Positions 38,974-53,717 of a stretch of DNA of 64,000 nucleotides are shown piece after piece. Below the pieces are notes generated by a model. That model did not search any database. It saw only the letters and a program-made list of their open reading frames with translations, and was not told the DNA's origin. Position 1 is the first letter of the stretch; each line of letters opens with the position of its first letter. The stretch is from assembly GCA_964016885.1 (NCBI GenBank), contig OZ024755.1, forward strand, positions 4,154,001 through 4,218,000, written 5' to 3'. Source of the DNA: Eledone cirrhosa. Taxonomy: Eukaryota. The position numbers and the translations under genes are program-made.

Positions 38974-40132
38974 TATATAGAGAGAGAGAGGAGGGCAGCC
39001 AGTCACACTGAGTGATATGTCTGTGGCCTGCTAGAAATAGGAGCCAAATCTGTATTATATTTTATCAACCCCAATACTTCAGACTTCCTCACAATAGACA
39101 CATTACTATAACTATGTTGATCCCTAATATTTGGCAGAGCTGTAAATATCGCTCTGGTAAAATAATAAAGGTGACTATATAATCCCGTTATCTACTATTT
39201 AAAACATAATTAAAAAGCAATTATTATTATTTTTTAATTAAAAAGATCGAGGGAAAAGTTACGAAAGGAAGGAAAGAGGGTGAAAAAAAATTAATTTAAA
39301 TTTCGAAAAAAGATTGGTTTGGCTGAATTGTAATTTCTTCTGATTGAAATGTAGAAATCCGAAGAATTTTTCGAAAAAGAAAATGCTAAATAACAAAAAA
39401 AGTTATGTCCAGTTCTTCGCTTGAACATGCGCCAAATTTTCTCAAGAAAAACAAAGCTTCAACATTAAAATTATCCAACATATGTAAAGTTAATAAATGC
39501 TTTTAAAATCTAAAATATATAATTAAATAATAGATATTAACAAGAATAATCATGTTTGTTCCAGTATAGTAGTAACTCTACCATATTGCTCTTGTATAAG
39601 GCAACAAAATAAGAAATTCTGCATGTTTCGGGTTCTTGTTTGTGTTTATTTAATTGCTTACTATTCTGGCGAGGAAAGGCAATGCTTCCTTGGTTTGTAG
39701 AGAGAAAAGTGTCGTCCTCGAACCAATGGCCTAAATTGTTGCCACAAAGTGGACTCTACTTAAAAACATCTACGGCCCAGCCAAACTAGTTAGTGGTGTT
39801 AAACCTGGCAACAGATTGTATCGCTTAAGAAACTATCCCTCCGACCTACTTATTCCCACAGTTTCCCTCTGCCAAATTTCACCGAAAGGTTTTTATTCGG
39901 CCTGAGACTATAGTGGAAGGGTGTAAAGCACTTGTTGAGGGTGTATGTGCAGTATGATTAAACCCAGAATGGTGTATTAACGAATCGAACTAAGCGAAGT
40001 TGTTATCCACTTAATCATGCCTGTGTATTCGTTTTACTAATCGTAATATAAAAGAATTGCCTGATAATGTCGTTATAGATAGAAACCACTATAACATCTT
40101 AGATAGAAACCACTGGAAGCATCTTAGCTACC

Positions 40133-40188
<56 letters not shown>

Positions 40189-41108
40189 TATACATATACA
40201 TATATATATATATATATATGTCTCTAGTCCTGTAGAAGCCTTTTCTATATTAAATATTTATACTCTTTTTTGTATTGAGTACCTTACTGTGGTTACCTCC
40301 GATTGAACCCGGGATAAACTTTATATATATATATATGAAACAGTTGTAGTCCTGTAGAAGTCTTTTATATATATAAAGAAAATGGTCCCGTAACGCCTGA
40401 TGAAGTCATTTCTTAGCCATTTTAAGCCTGTGGATCCCATCTCTCCATGTCTGAACACACCAAATTTCTTCCAGGGAAAGGATAGAGAGACAGGAAGTGA
40501 GAATGAGATAAATCGCACCAGTATTAGACTGGTACTTTTTAAAACTTTTATATATAATGGTTTCTCGAGGTCAATAAAAAAAAAAAGTACCAGTCTAATA
40601 CTGGAGTCGAAAATAAGACGGGTTTGTCGTGGTTGGAAATGCTTATGATCATACGATAAGTCTGCTTGATACAGTTAAACAACGGACACGTACTTGTTGT
40701 ACATATATGAGCTAGCGCAGCACACACACCATTCTCCATGCAGGAACACTATTAGACTTAAAGACGTACACACGTACACACCAATATAATTAAACACTAG
40801 AACTTGATGTAAACTTTCTCCCATTCTTTCCAAGTAGATCTGTTGTGTATAAGCTTACTTTGGTAACTTTCGTTAGATTATTTTGAAAATATCTTTTCCT
40901 GTTTCATTTTATGGTCTTATTTAGATTCATCCATAAATAAATTTACCTAGGTTAGTTTCTTTTTTTTTTTTTTTTTTTTACTTTCAATTCTCTCACCAGC
41001 CTCGCTTCTTCTGTCTGTCTGCCTCTTTCTTTCTCTCTCTCTCTCTTTCTCACGTACACACACAAGCGTTAGCCTGAAATATTTTACAATATTCAATGAA
41101 ATCAAACC

Positions 41109-41144
<36 letters not shown>

Positions 41145-41190
41145 TGTACCGATTGTGTTATTTCTGTTTACCTTTTACACACACACACAT

Positions 41191-41234
<44 letters not shown>

Positions 41235-41817
41235 TTACCAGGATCTATATTGGGCACCGAAACCGTAGTGGTTTCCAAAGGTTGACTGAGGAATGGGACT
41301 GTCCGTCTTTGCGTTGTTATTGTTTTTCCATTGTCTTTGAATATATATATATATATATATATTGTTATACTTTGGGAGGGTCATGTTGCCAATAAGAAAC
41401 ACACGCACCAGTTTCTTTCACTCCAATTTATTATAAATTAAAAATTAAAAAATTTGGCAACATGTATAACACTATCCCAAAGTATAACAATATCGGTTTC
41501 AACACGTTTTCAGATAAAGAATCTTGCTAAACAAATTCAGAATCGGTCGGAATATTGCTTAAAACTTTCTCTGTTAATGTATTAAATATATTATTAATTC
41601 TGGGCAATATTATATATATATATATATATATATATGAAAAGATTCAGGACTCCGGCCGTTTCAAAAGCTAGATCCGAATATATATATAATATATATATAT
41701 ACACACTTTTATATACATTTTTATATATACCAAAGATTATGGTTCATTGATTACTCAATGAAGATAGTTTTACAATAGATTAAAAGCACTCTACGAGAAG
41801 GTTTTCTGGAGTTATTA

Positions 41818-41939
41818 GAATAATAATAAATGAAGACATTCACATAATCAAAATGTTTTATATATATTTCGAAGGTACTTCGAAATATATATAATAAAAC
41901 ATATTTTGATTATGTGAATGTCTTCATTTATTATTATTT
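41818..41939. mobile_element. Fold-back element with hammerhead 3' halves
   Basis: Palindrome centred on TTCGAAGGTACTTCGAA, with GAAA-TATATA-TA-ATAAAAC on +. Confidence 0.6.
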
Positions 41940-41964
41940 TGAATACTTTTATATATATATATAA

Positions 41965-42090
41965 ATTTCTGAAGACGGCATATAAATGTGAAGGTATGTA
42001 TATTTCCTCTGATAGTTTGTAATATTTTTACATAGATCTATATGATATACATACCAACACACATATATATCCTAGAAACGATCGTAAAAT
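41965..42090 (+). ncRNA. Type I hammerhead with long stem II
   Basis: ATTT-CTGAAGA-(about 100 nt hairpin including GGTATGTATAT/ATATACATACC)-GAAA-CGATCG-TA-AAAT; palindromic stem III. Confidence 0.7.
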
Positions 42091-42262
42091 GATGAATTTT
42101 TTAATATAAGGAACTTGTTCTTTGTTTTTATTAATTTATCTTGACTCTGTTTTTCCTATGATTTTCATCGAAAATTTTTGAATGCATCTTCTCTTTTCAT
42201 GATATTTGGATTACATTGAGTTCTTCATACGGATTGGACACTACCGTATATTTTGGTAGATT

Positions 42263-42319
<57 letters not shown>

Positions 42320-42877
42320 ATATATATATATATATATAATGGGAATATCAATGACCACATAACGTTTTGTTTTAAAATGGTTTGGGTTAGCTAGAAACGG
42401 TCTGTCTGTCCACTCTGCTTTAGGTTACATTGCCTCAAGCAAATATGTCGACCATTTCAACATACCACCCACTTCTCGGCATTTCTTGTCTGGTCACTCA
42501 TACCTTTTTCACTTCCTCCCAATCCATTTTTTTCTCTCGCTTCTTCTCCTTCTCTTCTTTCCTCGTTTCTCTTCTTCTCCTCTACCACCCCCTTCTCTTC
42601 CTTTTCTCCGCCACCACCCCGTTCTCTTGTTTTCTTTCTCCCCCCCCCCCTCTTTCTATCTTTTCCTCTCCTCATATAGATATCTTTTTCTCCTCCACCT
42701 TCTCATTCTCTTCCCCGTCTCTCTCTCACACACACTCTCTCCCTCCCTCCCCCTCTCTCTGTGTGTTCGTTAGTTCCTCCACAAAGAGAGAAAGAGATAT
42801 TAAGATCAGGCATGCAAGGTTAATTAATCTCTATTCTGTTCTTAAAATAGATGCTAAATCCCAACCCGCCCACTACA

Positions 42878-43560
42878 CACACACTAAACAACAACCCTTA
42901 AATATGTTCCTCCACTCTACCACACACACACACACACTAAACAACAACGACCCTTAAATGTTACTCCACTCTGCCACACACTAAACAACGACCCTTAAAT
43001 ATGTTACTCCACTCTGCCACACACTAAACAACGACCCTTAAATATGTTATTCCACTCTGCCACACACACTAAACAACGACCCTTAAATATGTTATTCCAC
43101 TCTGCCACACACTAAACAACGACCCTTAAATATGTTATTCCACTCTGCCACACACTAAACAACGACCCTTAAATATGTCAAAATGGCAAAAATCACATTG
43201 AGTAAACATTTACCCCGTATCCTTTACTAAACAACAACGACCCTTAAATGTTACTCCACTCTACCACACACACACACTAAACGACCCTTAAATATGTTAC
43301 TCCACTCTGCCACACACTAAACAACGACCCTTAAATATGTTACTCCACTCTGCCACACACTAAACAACGACCCTTAAATATGTTATTCCACTCTGCCACA
43401 CACACTAAACAACGACCCTTAAATATGTTACTCCACTCTGCCACACACTAAACAACGACCCTTAAATATGTTATTCCACTCTGCCACACACTAAACAACG
43501 ACCCTTAAATATGTCAAAATGGCAAAAATCACATTGAGTAAACATTTACCCCGTATCCTT
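42878..43560. repeat. ~41-bp minisatellite with higher-order duplication
   Basis: Unit CACACTAAACAACGACCCTTAAATATGTTAYTCCACTCTGC. The block ending CCCCGTATCCTTT occurs twice (about 43224 and 43561). Confidence 0.9.
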
Positions 43561-44431
43561 TTCAAATCTAAATATATAATTACATTTCGTTGGTTAATCC
43601 TATTTCGTTTTCTTTGAAATACTTTGGTGCACTCTTAAGTTAATAAACTAACCACCAACCCGTTGTTTAGACTACATTCAAAACAAAATACTACATGGAT
43701 TTCGAATCACTGGAATTCTGTCTGTGCTATTTGGTTCAGATTAGAAAGAAATATTTTGTTTTATATTCTATATCAGATTGTCTTTACCCACTTTGATATT
43801 TGTCGGTGTCGGGTTTACCATTATGCTTAGGTGTGTTTAAACACAGCGCTCCATTGGCCGGTGGCGGGGGGTGGCATCTTCCTGCCGCCCCCCCTTATTT
43901 GTGGAAGGTGTGTTTAAACACGGCTCCATTGGTCGGTGGCGGGGGTGGAATTTTCCTTGCCCCCCCCCCCCTCCCCAATTATTTGTGAATTTTTCAAATG
44001 TTTGGAGCCTAATAACTTAATCCAGGGTCTCATTTGCCCTAAATCCAGCACTGGTGTTTGTGTGAAGTATTCTAGTTGGTTTATAAAATATAGAATATCT
44101 GGTTAGTATTTTGACTGTCAATAACAAAAACACCGAGAAACTTAAATACAAGAAGTCCTCGGCTTTTGGGGACTTAAACACCTCCAAAAAATATGGAAAC
44201 TTGTTGAATGATCTTGGGTTTTACTAAACTGATTTCCTATTGACTCTAAATATGTTAATATGATCATGTTTTTAATTTCTTTCTTAGTCCCGGATTGGTG
44301 ATAAAAAAGCATGAGCTAATAATAATTGTTTCTACAATTGGCACAAGGCCAGCAATTATTCCAGTGTATTACTGGTACTTTATTTTATCATGAGCTAATA
44401 ATAATACACATGTATTGTGTGTGTGTGTGTG

Positions 44432-44470
<39 letters not shown>

Positions 44471-44580
44471 TAAAATAACAGATTACAGTTTAAGCAAAGA
44501 ATCGCTGCTTTCACCCTTAACGGGATCTTCTCAAACTAAACGAGCCCTCTTTGGATTTTAGTCTTCAAATTTATTATTAT

Positions 44581-44621
<41 letters not shown>

Positions 44622-44622
44622 C

Positions 44623-44665
44623 GGGGTTTCCTGATGATTTCTCCTGAATGAAACAGTTCTAGTCC
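44623..44665 (+). ncRNA. Type I minimal hammerhead (weak stem I)
   Basis: GGGTTTC-CTGATGA-TTTC(TCCT)GAAT-GAAA-CAG-TT-CTAGTCC. Confidence 0.55.
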
Positions 44666-44680
44666 TATATAAGCCATTTT

Positions 44681-44725
<45 letters not shown>

Positions 44726-44863
44726 GTGAGGTTTTTTTTACAAAATGAAAAAAAAAACGGTGTCCTACACGAGTGAAAGTAAAGGAAAAAAGATGAAATC
44801 GAAAATGCAACTGGTCTTTTTTTTTTTTTACATATATTTATTTGGTTCCTTTACTGGTTTCGC

Positions 44864-44906
<43 letters not shown>

Positions 44907-44950
44907 AAAATCCGAAGGCAAGGTAAAATTTCCAATCATGACACACGTTT

Positions 44951-45006
<56 letters not shown>

Positions 45007-45026
45007 GCATAAATATATATTTTTTT

Positions 45027-45073
<47 letters not shown>

Positions 45074-47129
45074 AAATGAAAATCCGAAGGCAAGGTAAAA
45101 TTTCCAATCATTTTAATCACGACACATGTTTCCTTATATATATATCAGATAGGGTGTGGTAAAAACCAGCTAGACAATACTTGAAGTGCCTCGAGCTCCC
45201 CCCCCCCCCCCTCCAATCCAACACTGGTGGCGGGACCATACCATACCCTATGTAAACTAAACAGTGAGTATTTCTAATGCGGGGCTCCATATACCACCAC
45301 CACCACCATCAACGCCGCCATGAATTAAGACACGACTAGAATAGCTTTTTGTTATTTATTTATTATTGTACTTCAGTTTAACTCACTACTCAACAATTTC
45401 TAGGACAACACCTGTGTTTAGCCTGATTTAAGTCGTAAATATTCATTGTAGCTGTCAGTCAGTAGCTAGTAGTCCAACACACACTCTTCTTATTGATTGT
45501 AGGTATACTGGGATTGGTTACCTCAAATATTAAACAGGTTTCATGGTAGTTGCTTATCGTTTTGAACTGGTTGAGTCATAACTATGTTTGTTATATTTAG
45601 GACTACATTTCTGTTGAAATACTTGAACCTTCACCTTCCTTATTTCCTAGAGGGTGGGAAAAAACTATTAACATCTTCTTAACCATAATAAACTTTGTGA
45701 TCACAAGTCTGGCCCAAACTTATATTAACATTTTAACCACAATAAACTTTGATCACAAGTTTACTTGGTCAAAACTAATAATATTTTAACCACAATAAAC
45801 GTTGATCATAAGTTTACTTGATCAAAATTAATATTATCAACATGTAGCAGGTTGTACTGGGTTACATGGGCTCAAATCAATCTTGAAGTTGTTTGACCCT
45901 TTATCATTTAAACTGACCATATACAGCCAGAATTCGGTGACGTCTTTCTGTTCAAACTGGCTGTAACCAGTCACTCATACTGAAGTTGAGGTATTGTTTT
46001 CAAAATAAACAATATCAATCTCATAGTTTCGATGTGAGATATTATGTGAGGTAAAGCCTTTACCATGAAAATATAATAGTATATATAGAGTAATGTAAAT
46101 GATAAAGGGGTAAAGGTTTACTGTTCTAATTTTTATCACTAATAAATATATTTTACTGGAGATTGGTTTATAATCTTTGTGTAGTCTTGTGCCATCCTTG
46201 AAATTACTGATTTATGATCAGTCTTCCAACTATGACCATTCCATTGTTATATTGTGGATTGTTTGTCCTTGATTCCTTCTTGGCACCGGAGCAGTCCTAT
46301 GAAGATCAAGGTTGTGCAGCTGGTGCTTGTGTGTCTACCTACCTCACTGGAATCTACTCATCTCTGCAGGACACTTCCCTTCATCCTCCTCCCTCCAAGT
46401 ATATCTACGACTACATTATCCAATGTCTGTTTTTTTAAGGCAGATTTGGCAGCTATTTTTGGCATGTCAAATAACCATATATAGGCTTCCTTGTATGGAC
46501 AGTCCTGTAAATCCTTCAGGAATTGTTGGGGTGCCATATTGATACAGTGTTTCTAGGGCATTTTTTTAAATTTCACGGAACCTAACTTCTTTCCAGGTCT
46601 GAATACAGCAGATTTCTTCCAAACAAGGAAAGAGAAAGGGAGAGAATGGAAGTGAGAAAGAGATATGGAGGAAGAATCGACCCTGGTTGACCTTGGTTGG
46701 GATTTGAACTTAGAGAACCAGAATGAATACCACAAAGTATTCTGACATTCCAACAACTCTGCCAGTTCACTGTTTTATAGGCTTCCTTAATGGGTCCATG
46801 TTAAAAATAGCGTGTGATGTGTCATCAAAGCTGCTCCGTCTTCTGTCTACTTATTTACATTGGTTAGAATTCTGTTCCATTAAACCTGACAGGTGTTTCT
46901 TAACACAAATAGTATTCCCTCAAAGACCAGACTAACGCATCTATGACATCAAAATACAGTTGGGTTGATCAGTCGATCTGTGTTACTGGGACAGAAATAT
47001 TGTAACAGCAGCACCAAACTAATTACTGTATATACTTAAATATAAACTATAATAAATATAAGCCAAGCACACTATTTTGTGTCTGAGAAATGGGCAAAAC
47101 TCCAAACATTATTTATACATAAATATAAA

Positions 47130-47430
47130 GGGCGGTGGATTGGCAGTATCGGTAGAGGGTCGGACGCCATGCTTTGTAGCATAGAGTTACGTCCCTTTAC
47201 CTTTATGGTCTGAGTTCGAATCCTGTCAAGATTAACTTTCATCCTTACGGGGTCAATTAAATAAAGTACCAGTAATGTACTGGGATAATTGCTGGCCTTG
47301 TGTCAAAAGTAGAAACAATTATTATTAGCTGGGGGATAGCTTTGCCTTTCATCCTTATGGGGCTGATAAAGTAAAGTACCAGTAATACACTGGGATAATT
47401 GCTGGCCTTGTGCCAAAAGTATAAACAGTT
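47130..47430 (+). mobile_element. Family A tRNA-SINE plus duplicated 3' half
   Basis: Full head at 47130. TTATTTATACATAAATA occurs on both sides (about 47109 and 47429), a TSD-like direct repeat. Confidence 0.8.
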
Positions 47431-47885
47431 ATTTATACATAAATAAGGCTGTTATTGTTCTAATCAGTCGACTAACCCTCGGCCAAACTCTAACTTGTAC
47501 CCATGACTCCTGCCAAATGAAACCAAACCCTACTCACCCTTGAAATTCAAACCCCTTTTCTATCATATTTATATATATATTTTTTTTTTTTTTTTTTTTT
47601 TTTTTGCAGCGGTTGGGGTCACATATTCTTTGGCTTATATACGATACCTTTCAGTCTTTAATTGCATCCCTCACATTCTGATATTAATTCCTGCTGTGAT
47701 TGTCTTAACCATTCATCTCTCATGAGATTGATAAGATGAATACCAGTAATTAGCCTTACGAGAAATAGCAGTAATTAGATTGTTTAATAGTGAGTCATGG
47801 TTTGTGGTGTTGGCAGCGGTGATACGGCTGATGTCTCACTGCTACCATGACTACCAATGTTATTTTTCCAAACTCAAGAAGACAT

Positions 47886-48183
47886 TTAACCCTTTAACAT
47901 TTAAACTGGCCATATCTGGCTATAATTCTCTCACCTCTTTTTGTTCAAACCAGCCATAACCAGCTGCTTATACTTATGTTAAGGTATTGTTCTCAAAATA
48001 AATAATATCAAAACTCATAGATTCGATATTATGTGAGATAATTACTTGAGATAAAGCCTTGACCGTGAACATATAATAGCAAATATAGACTAATGTGAAT
48101 GTTATGAGATATTATGTGAGGTAAAGCCTCTACCATGAAAATATAATAGCAAATATAGAGTAATGTGAATGGTAAAGAGTTAA
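47886..48183 (+). mobile_element. piggyBac-like MITE
   Basis: TTAA-CCCTTTAAC...GTAAAGAG-TTAA with the family internal sequence. Confidence 0.7.
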
Positions 48184-48468
48184 ATATAAGTTTGAAAGCA
48201 ATGGAGAGGAGTACCAGCTAGATTTTGTCAACAAAGCCTCCATACAGTTTAAATAAACTGTATGTCTCTGATATCCAAATGGCTAAATGTCAGCAGAAGG
48301 GCACCCAGGAGTGATGAGGATGATAAAAAAAAGTACCAGTCAAGTACTGGGGTCAATTGTTCATCTATATCTTTCTCACTTCCATTCTCTCACTCTCTGT
48401 TTCCTTAATTGGAAGAAATGGTGCCAAAAATAGCTGCCAAATTTGCCTAAAATCACATCATAACATCC

Positions 48469-48693
48469 TTAACCCTTTAGCATTTAAACCGGCCATGTCC
48501 GGCCAGAATTCTGTCACCTCTTTCTGTTCAACTGGCTGTAACCGACTACTCATACTGATGTTCAGGTATTATTCTAAAAAAAAATATCAAAATCTAGCTT
48601 CAATATTATGTGAGATAATTATGTGAAGTAAAGCCTTTACCGTGAAAATATAATAATTGTATATATAGAGTAATGTGAATGCTAAAGGGTTAA
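48469..48693 (+). mobile_element. piggyBac-like MITE (~220 bp)
   Basis: TTAA-CCCTTTAGCATT...AATGCTAAAGGG-TTAA. Other copies at about 45893-46113, 55960-56099, 57836-58034 and 62773-63135. Confidence 0.85.
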
Positions 48694-49239
48694 AATCCAG
48701 ACTACATTGAATAATGCAGCAGGGCCTCCTTAGTGTATGAAGTAAAGGGTCTATACACTCACTTGAGGAGGGGGGGGGGCTTTCTTCTCTGATGATATTC
48801 TACTGTCCGGCTCTTATGAGAATTTCTTAACCACAGGTCATGTGTTTCTAAAGGAGAGATTATCGTTGTCATTAATTAAATGTCGTATAATGAACATCAA
48901 AATTATCATTAATGAGCTGAGAAACATACCAGGAAATCATTCTTGAATTACTAAGAATTGTGATAATAATTAGATATAAAAACTATTAATTAATACTCTA
49001 AGATGTAAAGCTATGTCAGTTTATTCGTGAATAGTTAATGTCTTTATAGCAATATTATTCCAGTTGTAGACAATATTGTTTAATTAGTATTACTACTAAT
49101 ATAGTTTAATTAATATTGATATAGTTTAATGCTATTGATGTTTCAACATGTTTATGTATCATGTTCAACATTGTGTGTTGTGTTGTTGTAAAACTGAAAT
49201 AAAACAGCTCGTTACTTGGAGGAATTTACATTCAATATT

Positions 49240-49730
49240 GGAGGCACATGGCTTAGGGGTTAGAGCATTGGCCTTGCAATCGAAAGGTTGTGAGTTCAAT
49301 TGTCAGATCGGGTGATGTGCTGTTTCCTTGAGCAAGACACTTTATTTCACATTGCTCCAGTTTCTGGGGTCCATATCATTCCACTGCAAAGTGGTCGTGG
49401 AGGTGCCATGGCAAAAAAGCACCTAGCACTCACTGTAAATGAGGTTGGTGTTAGGAAGGGCATCCAGCTGTAGAAATGAAGCAAGAATCAGTTCCTGTCC
49501 CACCCTTGCAAGCAGGGAAAAAGCGGACGTAAAATGATGATGATGATGGTGAGTGGTTAGAGAATCACAATCGTGAGGTTGTGAGTTTGATTCCCGGACC
49601 AGGTGATATGTTATATCCTTGAGCAAGACACTTTATTTCACGTTGTTCTTGTCTGGATTTGTGACTAGTAGATAGTATTAGCAATTGGAAAGACCAATGG
49701 AAACATTGCTTCCTCAGTCCGATTGGAGGA
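49240..49730 (+). mobile_element. Family B SINE followed by a related SINE
   Basis: Same head and core as 24237-24577. A second head starts at about 49550. Confidence 0.8.
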
Positions 49731-51639
49731 GCTCCAGCCCACCTTTAAGCAGTCTGGGATCTTATTGGTTGACTGTTATATATTAGAATTGTGATGCAAA
49801 TTAAATTCTAATCCAGTATATGAAATTCTAGTTTCAAGTCTCTCAAGCTCAGTGGCTCAACAGGCTTATCCAGGTTTCTGTGGCATGAAGCGACTGAGAG
49901 TACAAGACACCTCACCTCATCAGGGCGGCAGTCCATCACAGGGTTAAACTCCCAGCTATTGCTGGTTTCTCATTTTCAGCTGAGTATACTGAAGTAAAGT
50001 GAAATGAAGTGTTTTGCTCAAGAACACAACACACCACCACCCGGTCCAGGAATTGAACCCTCGACGTTGATATTGACAACCAAAAATTTGAAAAAACTAA
50101 TAAACGACCTTCGGCCTCCAGGACGCATGGTAGATTTTTTAGACTTATTTTAGGAAAAAAAGTAGCATCTTCAAAGCCAAGAAATACGGTAACTTCTTAA
50201 TTACACAGCCATACCTATACCTTTATTTTGAATTCTAAAGCTAATTTATTTGAATTCCCTAACATCATTCCTATCTATACCAATTATTAAAATATTTTTC
50301 ATAAGATTTGTTTTTAGATTTTTTTAAATGAAATTCCACAAAATAGTTTTGTTATCTAGGTATGAAAGATTCAGTAACTATTATCTTAGGGAAGTTAAAA
50401 CATAGGCAGCTGTTTGAAATATATAATAAACTGTTTTATCATGTCTCCAAAATTAAGACTTGGCTAACAGAGTTATGGTTTCTGAAACCTAACTTTACAC
50501 ATCAACCCCATAAGTTTTTTGTTTTTTTCAGCATGTTCCTCTTTGACTTTTTAATACCAAATGTGGTTGTTTCTACAGTTTTTTTTTTTTTTTTTTTTAC
50601 AATTTGGTTGTTTTTGTTTGTGTAAAGATATTTGTTTAAATTATATATCTAGCACTAGGTGCGTAAAAGTATTATTTATGTAGAAGTATAGAAACTAAAT
50701 GAAATTCAATTTTGAGAAAAGTATTTTAATGTGTAAACCTTTCCAAAATGATATATCTAGATCAGGGTTTCCCAACCTGGGGGATATTACGAAGGCTTTG
50801 CCATGGAAAATGACCAGTGACACCTGCTGCAACAGCCACTCCACCTCATGGGGCTCTTTCGTTAAGCAGGCTGCTGTCTTTCCAATTTGACAGAGGAAAT
50901 GAGAAGTGCGTGGGGACTGCCAAGGACACCATAGGTCTCGACAGCACTTAGCAATGAAAACAACTTTAAAATAAAGTACCAGTAATACACTGGGATAATT
51001 GCTGGACTTGTGCCAAAGGTAGAAACAATTATTACGGGGCCGATAAGATAAAGTACCAGTTATACACTGGGATAATTGCTGGCCTTGTGCCAAAAATAGA
51101 AATAATTATTTCTGTTCAGATTCTGACAGTAGACGCAATGTATGTTCTACTGGCTAAATACCTCAATAACAGTAGTGGCTTGAATTGAATTTTAAAGCTC
51201 ACACTTATACAAGACTTACAGCTCCCACTATCAATAGTTGCATGCCAGATAATTACCTGGGTGTATTTAATCACTTGAAGTTACATTCCAAGTTTAAATA
51301 CCACTGTTGTGATTTTGCTTGTCATCCTTATGAAGTTGATAAAATAAGTCACCTACTGTTGTCGGTTAAATTGACAACACTTTCTGAAATTTATAGCCTC
51401 CAACTAACGCAAGAAATTATTACTTACATACAATTTAATAACCTGCTTAAGATAATGTAAAGTCCATGGTAAGAGGTAAGATTGCTATAAATGAGTAGTG
51501 CGTGTTAGTAGTTGAGATACTAACAACTATAGTATAGTACACACTATAGTTGTTAGTATCTCAGTGTTAGTAGTTGAGTTACTAACTATACTATAGTAGT
51601 GTTAACTGTTGAGCTACTAACTATACTATAGTACTATAT

Positions 51640-52715
51640 TAATAGTTGAGCTACTAATGACTATAGTAATGTGTTACCAGTTGTGCTACTAACTATACTG
51701 TGTGTTACCAGTTGTGCTACTAACTATACTGTGTTACCAGTTGTGCTACTAACTATACTGTGTTACCAGTTGTGCTACTAACTATACTGTGTGTTACCAG
51801 TTGTGCTACTAACTATACTGTGTTACCAGTTGTGCTACTAACTATACTGTGTGTTACCAGTTGTGCTACTAGCTATACTGTGTGTTACCAGTTGTGCTAC
51901 TAACTATACTGTGTTACCAGTTGAGCTACTAACTATACTGTGTGTTACCAGTTGTGCTACTAACTATACTGTGTGTTACCAGTTGTGCTACTAACTATAC
52001 TGTGTGTTACCAGTTGTGCTACTAACTATACTGTGTTACCAGTTGTGCTACTAACTATACTGTGTGTTACCAGTTGTGCTACTAACTATACTGTGTGTTA
52101 CCAGTTGAGCTACTAACTATACTGTGTGTTACCAGTTGAGCTACTAACTATACTGTGTGTTACCAGTTGTGCTACTAACTATACTGTGTGTTACCAGTTG
52201 AGCTACTAACTATACTGTGTGTTACCAGTTGAGCTACTAACTATACTGTGTGTTACCAGTTGAGCTACTAACTATACTGTGTGTTACCAGTTGTGCTACT
52301 AACTATACTGTGTGTTACCAGTTGTGCTACTAACTATACTGTGTGTTACCAGTTGTGCTACTAACTATACTGTGTGTTACCAGTTGAGCTACTAACTATA
52401 CTGTGTGTTACCAGTTGAGCTACTAACTATACTGTGTGTTACCAGTTGAGCTACTAACTATACTGTGTGTTACCAGTTGAGCTACTAACTATACTGTGTG
52501 TTACCAGTTGAGCTACTAACTATACTGTGTGTTACCAGTTGAGCTACTAACTATACTGTGTGTTACCAGTTGAGCTACTAACTATACTGTGTGTTACCAG
52601 TTGAGCTACTAACTATACTGTGTGTTACCAGTTGAGCTACTAACTATACTGTGTGTTACCAGTTGTGCTACTAACTATACTGTGTGTTACCAGTTGTGCT
52701 ACTAACTATACTGTG
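51640..52715. repeat. 29/31-bp minisatellite (GTGTTACCAGTTGWGCTACTAACTATACTGT)
   Basis: About 34 highly similar units. Confidence 0.95.
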
Positions 52716-52968
52716 AGCAACATGTCATTGGGGATTATATTTTTAATCCTAAATTTATCGAGGCCTGAAAGGTTTAGTTGGATACTGGAGAAATATATTG
52801 TAGTTGAAAGATTATATTAGACTCTCATTTGGGGATCCAGCCAGATCAACTGGAGATGGTTGCTTCTGACAGGACCTTCTCAAAGGACCTTCTCAAAGGA
52901 ATGGTAGAGGACTCTCTTCCCTGTGATCCTCTCAGGAATAAATGGGGGAAATGTTAGTTAAAATTGTT

Positions 52969-53148
52969 TTAACCCTTTAGCATTCACATTCCTCTCTATT
53001 TACTACTATATTTTCACAGTAAAGGCTTTACTTCACGTAATTGTCACATATCAAATCTATGAGAGTTTGATATTATTTATTTTAAGGACAATACCTTAAC
53101 ATCAGTATGAGCTGCAGGTTACAGCCGGTTTAAATGTTAAGGGGTTAA
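52969..53148 (-). mobile_element. piggyBac-like MITE
   Basis: TTAA-CCCTTTAGC...TAAGGGG-TTAA in opposite orientation. Confidence 0.75.
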
Positions 53149-53717
53149 AGCAGACAAATCATGACTTTGTGTGAATAGTGTCCCCCACACTCACACTACA
53201 TTTTTTGTTTGTCTCTTCTAATGTTTCTTCAACCTTTGCTACTGAATTTCCTAACAAATCTCTACTATAACAAACATGGCTTAGTGGTTAGAGCATTGGG
53301 CTTGCAATCGAAAGGTTGTGAGTTCAATTCTCAGACCAGGTGATGTGTTGTTTCCTTGAGCAAGACACTTTATTCCATGTTGCTCCAGTTTACTCAGCTG
53401 TAAAAATGAGATGATAGGACTGGGGTCCCTATCATTAAATCACCCATGACACCTCCAGTTCGCTACACTCCACACTTCTTATTACAACTTCTCCCATGAC
53501 ACTCCAGCCTAGATTTCCATTGTTGCTCATAATTTACTTCTATATTTCATCATCGTTTAGATGGCCATTTTTCCATGCTTGCATGGGTTGTAAAGGTCCT
53601 TTTCAGCACAGTATCTCTCTACTTATAGCAATCCATTACTTTTACACTGACCCAGCCCCAGCCCCAGCACATGTATAACTCTGCCAAAATTGTTCCAAAT
53701 ACTAGGCTTCATTCACC

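Noticed and set aside
46214-46542. Overlapping short ORFs as a possible cadherin exon 2
   Set aside because: No cadherin motifs; looks like decayed repeat sequence.
51640-52715. CRISPR-like appearance of the 31-bp, 41-bp and 33-bp arrays
   Set aside because: No unique spacers and no cas genes; these are plain eukaryotic minisatellites.
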